Below, piece after piece: positions 38,428 to 50,674 of a stretch of 64,000 nt of DNA. The first letter of the stretch is position 1, and each line of letters begins with the position of its first letter. The translations under genes and the position numbers were made by a program. Source of the DNA: Sphagnum compactum (Eukaryota); the NCBI GenBank assembly GCA_965153455.1, contig OZ234493.1, forward strand, positions 14,932,213 to 14,996,212. The letters are read 5' to 3'. The notes beneath the pieces are model-generated. The model was not told the origin of the DNA and ran no database searches. It was given only the letters and a program-made list of their open reading frames with translations.

Positions 38428-38509
38428 AAGAGCCTGGTACTTCATGTGGGGAGATAGACAGATCTTGAAGAGCCTGGTACTTCACGAGGGGAGATAGACA
38501 GATCTTGAA
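38428..38509 (+). repeat. 40-bp tandem duplication
   Basis: aagagcctggtacttca(t/c)g(t/a)ggggagatagacagatcttg occurs twice. Confidence 0.88.
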
Positions 38510-40364
38510 ATGTAAACGGGACAGGATTTCAACATATTCACTCTTGAGAAGAGAACTGTGAAGAACTCATGATAAGCAGAAAAGGAATAGGAGAATCTTC
38601 ACCTTGTTCTGCCATGAAATTGCAGGCATGGATTGAGTAAGAAAGGTTCTGGACAGCAATCAAAGCTCTTTGTGTTACTTTCCCTTTGATCTGTGCAGTC
38701 AGTCAGACCCTGGGGAATGTTCTGTTGAGACTCTGATCTATCAAGAAGAAGCTATGGTTTTTTTTAATCTTCTATTGCTATTACTCTTTGGTGATGATGG
38801 CTACAACAGTCTCTTGCTAAGATCTCATCTTATACTCTCAGTTTCTGGTGAACACAATGGCACAACACACAAATATTCCATAACCGTCCCGTTCTCGAGA
38901 GATTTGTCTTTCGAGTACTTTGCGATCTTGTCGAACTTCACAGAGAACAGAAGAGGGATTCGGTGAATGTGTTTCGATTTGACTGCTAATGGCGAAGAGG
39001 TGTGTGCGTGTGAGAGAGAGACGGAGGCCATGAAGCGTCACAGTTGCGTCTGTTGGTGCATCATATGGTAGGGTTTGAGGATTACGTCCTCCCTTTGTCC
39101 GTCTTGCAGGTATAAGAATTACTACGAGTTGTAGGAGTTGCTGGAAGATCCTTGCACACCCATCCGCCATCAGCCTGCGTCTCGTCAATTTGTGTAAGCT
39201 TTCTGAGACTCTTTCTCTGCAAGCACAAGATCATGAAGTTGTTTCGCACTTCTCCGCCTTGTTTTCTGATATACCTACTTCCCCACGCCAACAGTCCTTC
39301 ACTTCCTGGAATGAGAATTCTGCCATGGAAGCCAGCCAGCTTCTATGAGAATTGTTCTATGGAAGCAAAGCTTCTATGAGAATTGTTCCATGGAAGCAAG
39401 CTCCTATGGCTGATTAAGCAGGATGACTTCTATGCAATCAGCACTGTTTTGGAAGCTTGCAGTCACAGGCATGCTCTGTAGAAATTGAAAATATTCAGGT
39501 TTTGAATGATGCCAAAGATGAATTTCTTAGTCCTTGATGGTAGGTTGCATCCTGTTCTCAAGGACCTGTTTAAGGCTTCATGCTGGCTCAGATCTGAGAG
39601 GATTACAATACTGGTCGGATCTGAAATTGTTTCCAGGGTTACATTGTTCCGCCAACCGGATTTTGCCATATGGGGGAGAGAGGACATTGCTGTTTTACTG
39701 ATGGAGCTTTCAAGCTTTTGTGTAGATCTCCTTGCAGTCTGTTGGAAACAGTTTTTGTAATTTCTTGTAAGGGACTTGCTATTTCTGAGCATAGAAGGAA
39801 AGAGAAGCTTTAGAAGCTTTGGCAGAGTTTTTTTGTATTGTGAGCAGTTTAGGATTGGAACACCATCGTCCAGTTCTGTTGTTGAGCTTCAGGGGAAGTC
39901 AAGAATTTTTATATTGAAAGAATAGGTGCATCTTTTTGTACCAGAGAGAGTTTTGGAAGTTGTGAGCAGGTACAAAATCATCATTGGAGAGATGCATGGC
40001 ATCATCTCCATTCAGGGGGACAGCACTTGCCTTCTTCATAAGTATCAAGGTCATAAATCGGCAGTTGGGCAGAGAATTTGTTCAATCTTCTTGTCATTTG
40101 TTGCTTTGCAACATCTCATTTGACTCCATGTTGAGTGAGAGGCTGCTATACTTCAATCTCCACACTACCCAACCCTTCCAAATGTCCGTGTTCTGCAGGG
40201 TGCTCTTTGGACTTCAGCCTGCATAAACTGCATGAGTCAAGACATTGCAATGCAAATTAGGGTTTAGGGTTCAAGCTCAATGACAGGGTTTTTGTGCTGT
40301 ATTCTTAGAGTTCAGTGATTCAGGTTATTTGAATACAACAAGAGATTTTGGAATCTAGTGTCAT

Positions 40365-41888
40365 ATGGAGCACTTGGTAAGAGAGAGGCAAGGTTTTCAT
40401 CATGTGAACAATGCAGGTGCAGTAGCTATGGCAAGGGAATGGACACTAGAAGAGACGAGAGCATTGGTGGAGGTGCACATAGAATTGAAGCAGCTTGAGA
40501 AGCTTACACCACAAGGATCTGATTCCCGTGCTGCCATTGAACACTGGGATAAAGTCGCAAAGAGGCTTCAAGACAGAAGCTACCATCGAAGCCTCAAAAG
40601 CTGCAATAAGAGATGGCACCGCCTTGAACAGTACGAAGTTCAAATATTCTCCTTCAACATTGAAGGAGCTGGAAATCACCCAAACTATTGGGACCTGACA
40701 AAAGCTGAGAGGATTGAGCACCGAGCAGAGAAATGGCCTCAGCTTCCTCTGGGTGAGGGAATTGACAAAGAGATATTTGATTTGATCAAGAGATTTTCGC
40801 AAGGCACTGTTGAAAAGAAAGTCATGCAAGCAGTTGTTCCGAATTTGGGAGTAAGCAATAACAGACATGCACCTCCAGAAACCATACCTGAACATCAAGT
40901 ACTCGAAGCTAAGGAGCCTGAACTCCTGGAAAGAATAAGCAGCTGGTCATCTTTCATGTCTGAACAAACAGGTTTATCACAAGCTCCACTGGATGGTTTC
41001 AGGCTCCAGGCACGTGACCTCCGGAAACAAAGGGCTGCAGAGCTGATGAGGGGCAATCGCACTGTTCCTTACAATGCTAATCACACCAATTCAGTAAAAA
41101 CTTCTCAAGCTCCTGACATGGGAAATAGCTTACAACAGACACAGAAGCCAAGAGAATTTGCAATTCTGGATTCTAAGACCAAGATCTCTGTCCAGGGGGG
41201 TACCTCTGCTGATCGGTTTCACACCAAGGAAGCTCATCCACCCTTTGACTCTGGTTCCTTTTCATACAAGCTTGATATTGATCCAGTCTCTCAGCCTACC
41301 TGCAGTCATCTCAACCCACAGCTTGCAGTCTTGGGACTTCCTCAAAATCATGTAACAACTCTTCTACATCCCATGGAAAAGGCTTATCAAACCTTCAGCT
41401 TGAGCACTCCATACTTTCCTTTGCTGCAACCTGTAAATTCTCACTCACTTTTGCTGCAGCCCATTGATAGCAACAACATGCAGCAGCATCATCACCAACC
41501 GGCTATGGATGCCAGTCAGCATTTAATGCTGGATGGTGACAATCTTCCATCTGAGCTTCTGTGTTTTGATGAGCAGCTGGAGGTCATTCTTGATGTGGAC
41601 AGTACTGGCCCAGTACTTACCCATGAAAGCTCTGAAGTACCACAACAGCAGAGGCATTGCTGGCAAGTTCCAGACTCACAGCGGTGGCAAGATCAGTATG
41701 GATCAGGTCATGGCAGCAGTCATGAGCTTCTGGGAGTTGCAATTGGTAACCTGGAGGTGCAGCTTCATGCTCTAGTGAACTTGCTTCAGGCCAGAAACAC
41801 TGCTGAACAAGATTACCAAGACAAGATGCTTCTTTCCCTCGAAAGCATGGCCTTCTCTCTGCACACCATTGCTCAAGGCAAAGTTTGA
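40365..41888 (+). CDS. Trihelix (Myb/SANT-like) transcription factor, SH4/ASR3-like, 507 aa, intronless CDS
   Basis: The trihelix tryptophan pattern WTLEETRAL..HWDKVAKRL..RSLKSCNKRWHRL is followed by YWDL..ER....LP..IDKEIFDLI, the clade-typical extension. The C-terminal coiled-coil ..MLLSLESMAFSLHTIAQ resembles the ASR3 tail. The ORF is long and uninterrupted. Confidence 0.82.
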   Translation: MEHLVRERQGFHHVNNAGAVAMAREWTLEETRALVEVHIELKQLEKLTPQGSDSRAAIEHWDKVAKRLQDRSYHRSLKSCNKRWHRLEQYEVQIFSFNIEGAGNHPNYWDLTKAERIEHRAEKWPQLPLGEGIDKEIFDLIKRFSQGTVEKKVMQAVVPNLGVSNNRHAPPETIPEHQVLEAKEPELLERISSWSSFMSEQTGLSQAPLDGFRLQARDLRKQRAAELMRGNRTVPYNANHTNSVKTSQAPDMGNSLQQTQKPREFAILDSKTKISVQGGTSADRFHTKEAHPPFDSGSFSYKLDIDPVSQPTCSHLNPQLAVLGLPQNHVTTLLHPMEKAYQTFSLSTPYFPLLQPVNSHSLLLQPIDSNNMQQHHHQPAMDASQHLMLDGDNLPSELLCFDEQLEVILDVDSTGPVLTHESSEVPQQQRHCWQVPDSQRWQDQYGSGHGSSHELLGVAIGNLEVQLHALVNLLQARNTAEQDYQDKMLLSLESMAFSLHTIAQGKV

Positions 41889-42834
41889 GCTGCTGCATAG
41901 ATGTCCCAATTCGCTGGACCATGACTGTGACATTGAAGGAGCAGAGAACTACCAAAGAAGATATGTGTCTCTCTCCTCACTTGCTTCAGAATTCCACTCT
42001 TTTGAATATTTCTGTGATTGAACTTGTGAACCTAAAGAAAGCCGGGGAATACAACACAGGAATAGGAACAGAACCGGAATAAATGAAGCAAGTGCAACAC
42101 CGATGCTTGATGTGGGATTTTGATGGTGATGAAGGCAGGGGGGGAACAAGAGAGGCACAGTCCCTGAGATATGTACATCATTTGGAACCTCAGCGACTTG
42201 GTGTTGCAGCACCATGGAAACTGAGTATGAGAATAAGCACTTTGTAGGCCAATTGAAGCTGGACCATGGCATGGAGTTTATGGAAGATGGTACCGAGGGT
42301 CATAAACTCAAAATTGCTCACAGCTTTTCACTGGGATCATTCTTACAATGTCTTCAAGTGGCCACACTATTATCATAAAAGCTGGTCAAAGTACATCACA
42401 AGCAAAAGCTATTTTTTTTATGCAATCTGGGTGCTTCCTGTGGATTGATTGATGGCAGGAAACAAACTCTTTTGTAGTTGCATAACCTCCATAGTATGTA
42501 TGTACACCAGAAATGCCATCTCCAAATGTAGAATACAACATGACTGTCAGCTGAACAGAAATACCCTCCAATAGTATAATACATGGCTTGCTCACCATTC
42601 TGCTGTAAGGTTTCTTTGGAGGGAGAAGGTGGCAACATAAACAGAGAATCATATTGCGAAATCTGAGCTCGAAACCTTAATTTGCATAGAAGACATGATT
42701 GAGACATATAACAAGCCCATTTTGACCTGGTGTTTCTGACATTCAAATCCATGAAGAATGATGAGAATGTGCAGACTGTTGTTATATACACAAGTCATTT
42801 TGTTACTGGCATTTGTCAATTAGGAGTACTCAAG

Positions 42835-43445
42835 ATTGCTTTGCTCTTGGTGACAATGTTATGTGATTTTTCTTTGAGTGCTTTACTCTTGGTGACAATG
42901 TTATTTGATTTTTTTTCTTCAGTGTTTTACTCTTGACAACAATGTTTTGTGATTTTCTTGAGTGATTTATTCAAAATTGCTTTGCTCTTGGTGACAGTGT
43001 TATGTGATTTTCTTTTTCGAGTCCTTAACTCTTGGCAACAGTGTTATGTGATTTTCTTCTTGAGTGCTTTATTCTTGGGGACAATGTTATGTGATTTTTT
43101 CTTTAGTGCTTTACTCTTGGTGACAATGTTATGTGATTTTTTTCTTTAGTGCTTTACTCTTGGTGACAATGTTGTGTGATTTTTTTCTTTAGTGCTTACT
43201 CTTGTTGACAACGTTCTGTGATTTTCTTGAGTGATTTATTCATGGTGACAATGTTCTGTGATTTTCTTCTTGAATGGTTTACTCTTGACAGCAATGTTCT
43301 GTGATTTTCTTCTTGAGTGCTTTACTCTTCGCAACAATGTTCCGTGATTTTCTTCTTGAGTGCTTTACTCTTGGCGACAATGTTCTATGATTTCCTTTAA
43401 GGGCTTTACTCTTGACAACAATATTATGTGATTTTCTAGGGTGCG
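42835..43445 (+). repeat. ~42-bp tandem array (~14 copies)
   Basis: Unit ~gtgctttactcttggtgacaatgttatgtgattttcttcttga. Confidence 0.92.
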
Positions 43446-43682
43446 TGAATCCTTCATTTCACAATTGCAACAATTTCTCACATTCATATACACAAGCACT
43501 CGCGCCTGCATGAGTCCCTCCTTCTACAATCGAATAGGCTCATGAATTTAGGGTTGAGTGGAACTAAGAGGGAGGGGAAGGAAAGTTCTGTTTGAGATCT
43601 GATACTCTCATGCTGAAAGCATAAGAAGAGGAGGTGAAGAAGAAGAGGCAAAAGGGAAGGAGGACGACGACGAGAAAGGAAG

Positions 43683-44360
43683 ATGGATGCAAGGCCGTCT
43701 CCAGCGCTGTTTCGGCTCCCTTCTCTTGCACCACGGTCGGCAGCTCCTCCCAGGGTTCTTCTTTGGTGGGGGATAGCTCTCATTGTCGCTGGTGTTGTGG
43801 GATTCTGCGTCATTCTGTATGCCACTCTTCTTTCCAAGCTTCTGCCGCCTTCTGGAGTGCCGATCCTGGATGCCATTCGCAGTGACTGGTAAACAAACAA
43901 AAATCGATTGATTCTGCAGGAAAAAAAACAAAGCTCTGAGAGAGAGAGAGAGAGAGAGAGTCTATAGCATAGAACTTTTGGTTTTGTGTGCCTGAGGAAT
44001 GTTGCAACAACTAGATTTTGTAACATTGTCTTCACCAATTGAGGGCAAGGGTTTTGCATAGGTCTTTTGCACCTGAAGATGGGGTTGAAGAGGATGGATC
44101 CATAAAGCACCGAAGAAGACAAACATTGCAAAGCCCCTTCTGGGTTTTGTTTGCTTTTGTTTTTGTTTTGATGTTTTCTGAACTCTTAAGGGGATGATAA
44201 AGCATGTGGTTTTCTGTGAGTTGTTTGTTCCTTTCTGTGACAGTGAGGGGATGGTTCTTTGTGCAGGTATTATAGCTTTGTTGTACCCCTGACTGGACCA
44301 GTTATCCTGGTGGCAGTGTACTGCCATTGGCTGAGCATGAAGCTCTTCAAACATGCATAA
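43683..44360 (+). CDS. PIGY: GPI-GlcNAc transferase subunit Y (PIG-Y/Eri1-like), 99 aa; join(43683-43888,44267-44360)
   Basis: The spliced product ..LYATLLSKLLPPSGVPILDAIRSDW|YYSFVVPLTGPVILVAVYCHWLSMKLFKHA* matches the family motif SK.LP.....LD.I..D.YY...P.......Y..W.S.K.F.HA. It has two hydrophobic segments and a phase-2 GT-AG intron. Confidence 0.88.
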
Positions 44361-44461
44361 AGCCTTTGCAAGTGTTGTGATGCTATGTGAAAGCCATCTT
44401 TCAGTCCATCTAGGTGAGAGCATCTCCAATCATGCCTAAGTTTCTTTCTCTAGTACCATAC

Positions 44462-44690
44462 CATCCTCCTGCATATGTACAAATGCAGGAGGATGATCAC
44501 ACCACTGCTGCTTTTTCTTTCTCTCTCTCAAATGACATCTCATCCTCCTCCTGCATATGTACAGATGAACTGTGAGATGGATCGCATCACTGCCGCCTTT
44601 TTTTCTCTCTCAAATCCCATATCCTCCTCCTCCTCCTGCATATGTACAAATGCTCTGGAAGATGGATCATACCACTGCCACTTTTTGCTC
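44462..44690 (+). repeat. Three ~85-bp degenerate repeats downstream of PIG-Y; the first contains a 34-nt near-perfect palindrome
   Basis: cctcctgcatatgtaca occurs three times. 44462-44495 reads catcctcctgcat-a-tgtaca-a-atgcaggaggatg. Confidence 0.8.
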
Positions 44691-47600
44691 TGGAGGATGA
44701 CTCTTTGGGGTTACTTGATGAGTCTTTATCACATGGACCAGTGTCTGAATTTCTATGAGTGTTGTGCTATTCATGCTCTCACAAGCTTGTTGTGGCTTGA
44801 ATGAGGAAACTGTTGACTTTTAAAAAAAAATTGTTGTGTCTCTGAAGTGCTAGTCAACATCATGAGTTGAGTCTCCCAGTTGCTTCTGGAGATGTGGCAG
44901 AAACTCAGGACACAGATTTTATCTAATGGTTTGCTTGAATTTGGGTGTGTTATTGTGTACTTATCTATACTTATCTATACCCAGCTTCATGAGCTGATGA
45001 AGTTAGTGGGTAGTCATGGCAGCTTGTTGCTGTTATTCATCATGAAGGTGATGCTCTCAGAGTTTATGATTGACTCTCACAAGGTTTACAACACACTCAT
45101 TGATGTGTTAGCCCTCAATTCAGAGTGCTGTTGTGGAAATTCCTCTGCACAACAAACACTTTTGTTCTGTTCTTCATGTTGTGTATAATCGACTCCATTG
45201 CAGTCCAATACTCCTCATTTCCCAAAAATGCTTGGGTTTGCATGTATCCCTATGTGGGTGTACTTTTCACTTCTAGACAATCACAATTAGGCAACAGTTA
45301 GGCACCATGATTTTTTTGTTTCTTGAATTGGCAGGAAGTCCGAGTAGCACAGAATGGTTTGTTTTGACTCCTGCTGTGGTGCTGTTGTTCCAACGCAGGT
45401 GATCAGTTGGGATAGCTCGTCAGTGGTATCTTTGGATGATGATTGCAGCAATGTTAGTGTGTTTGAATTTTGGACTGTCAATGTCTCAGCATTTTATTGA
45501 GAATCAGAAGTCCAGGTAGAACAGAAACCTGTTGGAAACTCAAATTGGACCTGACATTAAAGATTCTCATTTCTTTCTGTCTCACATAGGTTCTTCAGCT
45601 AATGTAGAATATTCTTCAATGGGTTTTGGTATGATTGGGAGTTGAACATCCATCATGCAGGTCCTGACCTTTGTGTTTCAAGGTTTTGAGATGCATGTGG
45701 ACGGTTGACATTCCTGATTCTTGAAGAGGCCACCTAAGAGCTGGGCACCCCATCCAGTGCATGGGTGAAAGATCTGGGAGATATATACAGATGCCTGAAG
45801 ACCATTTGTCAGTAATTGGCAGCAGGTTAACCTGTAGACATTCTTGTTCACAAATCACTCCGTATTTGGTCCTCAGTTTGGAGAAAAGGGAGTGCTAAGA
45901 ATGTTGCTTCTTCTGCCACAAGATTGTCAACATGATACAACCAGACCTGCTTTTAGTCTGCCACTGTGTTTGATCATTTGGAACTTCTCATCTTCCAGTT
46001 TGAAGAGACCCTGTACAACACACAAGCAAAGTGTTACCAAACCACAATGTACCTATCAAGAGGTTCTTTTGACATCTACAGCTTTAAATAATTTATGTAC
46101 TTGGTTCCATGACTTCATAAAAATGTTCCAAAATGTCCTAATTATTAATCATGTTTTTCATTGTTAAAAACAATGTTCCACAGACTAGCTATGATGGCTT
46201 ATTTAAAAAGTACTGCCGAAGTTTAATCATCTATTCATGCATTGTTGTTTGATTTCATTGCAATTGAGCAAATATTAAATAATATTGAAAGCAAAACTTA
46301 GGATTCACATCTTTTCCTGTAGGTACATTTACAGATTTGACGTTCAATGTTTACCCTTGAAGGTCAATTGTTTCCAATTCTTTGATAGCACCATGTTGTA
46401 TCTTGTTGATTATATATAGTATATAGGAGTCAACTATCGAAAGATTGGATGAAATGGATTGCTAAGTAGGGTCAATCAAATTTGACATCACCACAAAATC
46501 AACAAAATAATGTCAATTTTGTGATGGAAGATGTGATGATTGAGGTATTTGGATGTCTACACAAATAGGCTGATGTGTATTACATGATTGTGCCAATGCC
46601 ATTTGGAACCTCAAAAAGGGTCAAAGGGCCCTCCCTTTTCTGTCTTGGTTTTTTTTTTTTTCAAAAAAATTTGAGCTTTGTGTTGCTTAGCACTTCCAAT
46701 GATGATGATTCTTTTTTTTTTGTGGACATAAATGTTTTGTTGTAATTAATTTATCTTTTCAAGATAAAATTTTATAAATTTCAGTATGTATCATTTTATT
46801 CCAGTATTATTTTCTTACATTCTTGATTTGGTAGGCAAAATGTCAATGAAAGTTTGATTCATTAAATAAGTTCACAACAAGATACAAATAGACCCAATTT
46901 TTTTAACAAAAAAAATGTTAAAAAATAAAATAAAATACAAACAGACAAAAACATTAAAAGGGTGCAAGATAGACAACAAGAAACAATTTTGAATTGGAAT
47001 GTGATCTATGATGAATCATAATCTAGAATGACCATGAAATTGTCGTAATGACAATCACCAAAATATCCATCGTACATAAACTAGTTCCAATGAAACATCG
47101 TCACCATAATTTCAATTACATTGCAAATGATGCAAGCATCCTCCATTTTAAATTAGGTAGTAGCAGTAAACCTAGTTACTTCTCAACTTTCACCTGTTCA
47201 CACCCTTCATTGCCACGGCCCATCTATTACAAGCAATCAGTAGGTGAAATGAAAAAGTTTTTAACATTTAGTCTGTGCTAATTTTACGGCCTTTAAATTC
47301 TCCCTTGTTTCTAATACTTTGTCCATTTTCCAAATCAATGATGTGTTTATAAATAAAATTTTGCAGGGTTTTAATGTGGTAATCATTTTTATGATGCAAA
47401 CGAGCTTGTCATACTTCAATTAAAATTTCTACTTGCCTTGAACTTTTCCATACCTATGACATTCAAGATTTGATAAAATGCATGAAACTGCAATATAAAT
47501 AAATTGAAAAAAAGAGTGCCATAGTTTGTGGCATGGGTAATAAATTATATGATTCAAATAAATATATCTAAATTAACTAAATGTAAAACAGAATCTTATG

Positions 47601-49157
47601 TAGCCCAACAGTTTAGATAACTTTGAAAAAGTTATCAAATTTTAAGGATGAATTTTATGAAAAATAGTACCAGTGTGACAAATACAAAGGCTTTTTGGGA
47701 AAAAAAGGGGTCCAAGGTCACCACATTATGAGAAAAACAAATTTGAAATCACCATATTTTAAACTATAGGTTTTAGCATGTTGCCCAAATATAGCACAAT
47801 TTTTGAACTTTTCTCTTTGATTTGTAGTCAAAGTTGGCTTAAGTCCTCTTATGGATATCACCAATCCAACTACCTCCCAAATTTGAAAAAAGAAAAAAAG
47901 AAAGAAAAAATGGTAATGGGATGCAAAAATTTGTTAATCATATTTATACTTTTTTTTTCTCCCCCTTGTCCTCATTCATATTAATGGCCCCCTTGTGTCA
48001 TTGGCCCAAGTATATTAAACCTCCTATAAGATCCTATCACAATAATTTTCCATTCAAAGTAGGTTTAATTTCAAAGTTTTTATAGAACTTTGTTCAATTA
48101 TTTTAAATTAATTTCTAGAGATGATATTCACTCTAAATTCAACAGCTTTTGCTTCATTTATTCAAAAATTGCAAAACAAAGAATGTGCTCACAACCTCAT
48201 CAAGAGTGGGGGGGAGGATGGTTTGGAATAATTACAAGGTGATCACTTCTAAACAAACAAACACTTATCTTAATATATAGATTAATGGTTAATAGGTTTT
48301 GTCTAAAGTTTAGCACAAGAAACACCAATATCATCTACCTAGGGAAAACAAAAAAAGTTAGTTATGTTTGTCACATTGAGATTACTCAAAGCATGATGAC
48401 CCTTTTGCACTCTTGGTGGTGTTGGAAAGCCCCCCAACAAGTAAGGTGCCACCAAGCTGGTTTTGTAATGTTTTGATTTATGATGTAAAAGTTATTAATA
48501 TCAAATAACTTTGTGCTTGAAAATTCAACAAAATCAAGATTAAAATTGCAAGGTAATTTTAGGGCTTAGTCTTGGTACTATTGGAAAGCCCTTGATCAAT
48601 GGGATTTAACAAAGGTGATTTTCTAAATTTTAGACATAAGGTGTGGGGGAGATATTGAATTTTGAGTATTTTTTTCATTAGAAATTAATTGTAGATAAAT
48701 TTTTCATATATATTATATTGGAAGTTGGCAACATAATCATACCATGTTGTAGCCACCAGAAACCAACTAAAAGAAAAGTAGTTTACTTCTTGATGACCAA
48801 CCCTAACATTACCAACTATAAAGACCATATTGTCTTGAGGGTTGGGGAATTAGGGTTTATGGTTTTGAATATCCACAATATTTCCCCATGAACTATTGTA
48901 AAAGGTATGATTCACAGATCTACTACCAGAGTCCGCGTCTGGAAACACCACTTCAGGGATGTAGGTAGGATGTTTCTTGTCTCTCTTGCATGTGTTGTGC
49001 ATGCCACCAAATGTTCACCAAAAGAATCTTGTACATTGACATTTGATGGTTGTTCCAACATTGGAAAGTTTTGAAGCAACCATTTTTATCACATGGAATC
49101 AAGTGGTTTTTAAAGTATGAACTAGGGTACCAGAATCTTCCATTTGTAAAGAAAGGT

Positions 49158-49414
49158 GACTACAAAAGGAAGATGCATGTGAATGGAAAACTGCTGTGTT
49201 TTAACTCTTTTGGATGATTCTGATTATTCAAGTACGATTGTTACATGTGTTTGAATAAATTTACAATAGAGAGAAAAATTATTTAGACTACAAAAGGAAG
49301 ATGCATGTGAATGGAAAACTGCTGTGTTTTAACTCTTTTGGATGATTCTGATTATTGAAGTACGATTGTTACATGTGTTTGAATAAATTTACAATAGAGA
49401 GAAAAATTATTTAG
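49158..49414 (+). repeat. 128-bp near-perfect tandem duplication
   Basis: gactacaaaaggaagatg.. starts at 49158 and 49286, with one visible substitution (ttcaag/ttgaag). Confidence 0.93.
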
Positions 49415-50526
49415 CCATGAGGTACAGGCATTTAGGGTATAGGGTAAAGCCCTGGGTTGGGTCGCATTTGGAAAATTTCCACCACATTTGGACTCTGATT
49501 TTAGTTTTGTAACATTTTTTAAACTATTTAAAAATATATTTAAACCTGTCACCCTTTATTGCTACATCCCTCTCGGTATGCTACTAATCGACGATGTAAC
49601 ACCAGAAAATTGAAAAATAAAAATAAAATCACTGCCTAAGAAGAGGCCATAGCCAAGTTGGGCCTTGCACTTTGACTCCACTCATCTCTTTAACCATAAT
49701 AAGGTGCGACCAACATTATCAGGATGTCATGAGGTGAAGGAGGGGAGGCCGAGATAACTAATACCTGAAAGTAGACATAATTCCCCTCACATTCTTGAGG
49801 AACAAGTTAAGATCCCTCCCTTCTTTTTTGCCCTTTTTCTTTTTAGAGGCACAAATGAATGAAGATCCCCCCTCTTTTTTAGAGGGATATTTGTGGACAT
49901 AAGGAATTTTCTTTGAATGCATTACATGCTAGATACAACTATTTATCTTTGGTTGACTTTTATTCGATAATGGATTGATTTCATGGATGAAAGTGCGTTG
50001 AAGTTGGTAAACAAAACAATGCTAGATTAAGCTTTTGAGATGAAAAGAAACATAGTTGCTTTTGTTTTTAAGGGAGGTTTTTTTAACAACGACGTCGTCA
50101 GTCAATCACTAAGAGAAATTTCCTACTGTATTTCAGGAGGGGCACCTAATATTGGATAATGATGCGCACTTCAGTCTGTAACAAGCCACTTGTAAACTTA
50201 AGATGCCTCTTGCTCGCACTAGCTCGTGACCTATGAATGTTTAGGCTCATCAACCAACATGTTCACCTCGTGCGTTATGATGGGTAAGGCACATGGGTTG
50301 AGTACGTTGCCAAGATGCAAAGGCCAGACTTACTGACTCGGCTACCAACGGTCCTTAATGCTTGTGGGTCTGGTTGGTTGAAGGCCAGGCACGTTGGAAT
50401 GAAGTTAAATTCCAAGTTAAGGAAAAGGATACGGTTATCTGATTTGTTTAAATAACCGCCAGTTTCAACTTAATTTTTTTTCAGAGACCGAAGGACCTCC
50501 CGTTCCAGCTTTTTTTCATAAAGGCT

Positions 50527-50674
50527 CAAAGAACCGACTGTTTTGCCAAAATAACCAACAAAGAACCGGAAGTTTTGCCAAAATAACTAACAAAGGACCG
50601 ACTGTTTTGCCAAAATAACCAACAAAGAACCGGCAGTTTTGCCAAAATGACCGACAAAGGACCCTGCAGTTTTT
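50527..50674 (+). repeat. 32-bp tandem repeat (~4.5 copies), probably internal to a MITE-like element
   Basis: caaagaaccgactgttttgccaaaataaccaa recurs at 32-bp spacing. The surrounding DNA is rich in aaccg/cggtt motifs and ends in cccaacatgg (~50885). Confidence 0.85.

Noticed and set aside
40446..41955. Alternative-frame and antisense ORFs within the trihelix gene
   Set aside because: Shadows of the 507-aa ORF.
43484..44131. 215-aa minus-strand ORF
   Set aside because: It is antisense to PIG-Y exon 1 and crosses a (GA)n microsatellite. The plus-strand spliced product has the conserved motif.
45616..46011. Possible minus-strand spliced exons
   Set aside because: Joining the candidate exons gives an immediate stop, and no family was recognised.
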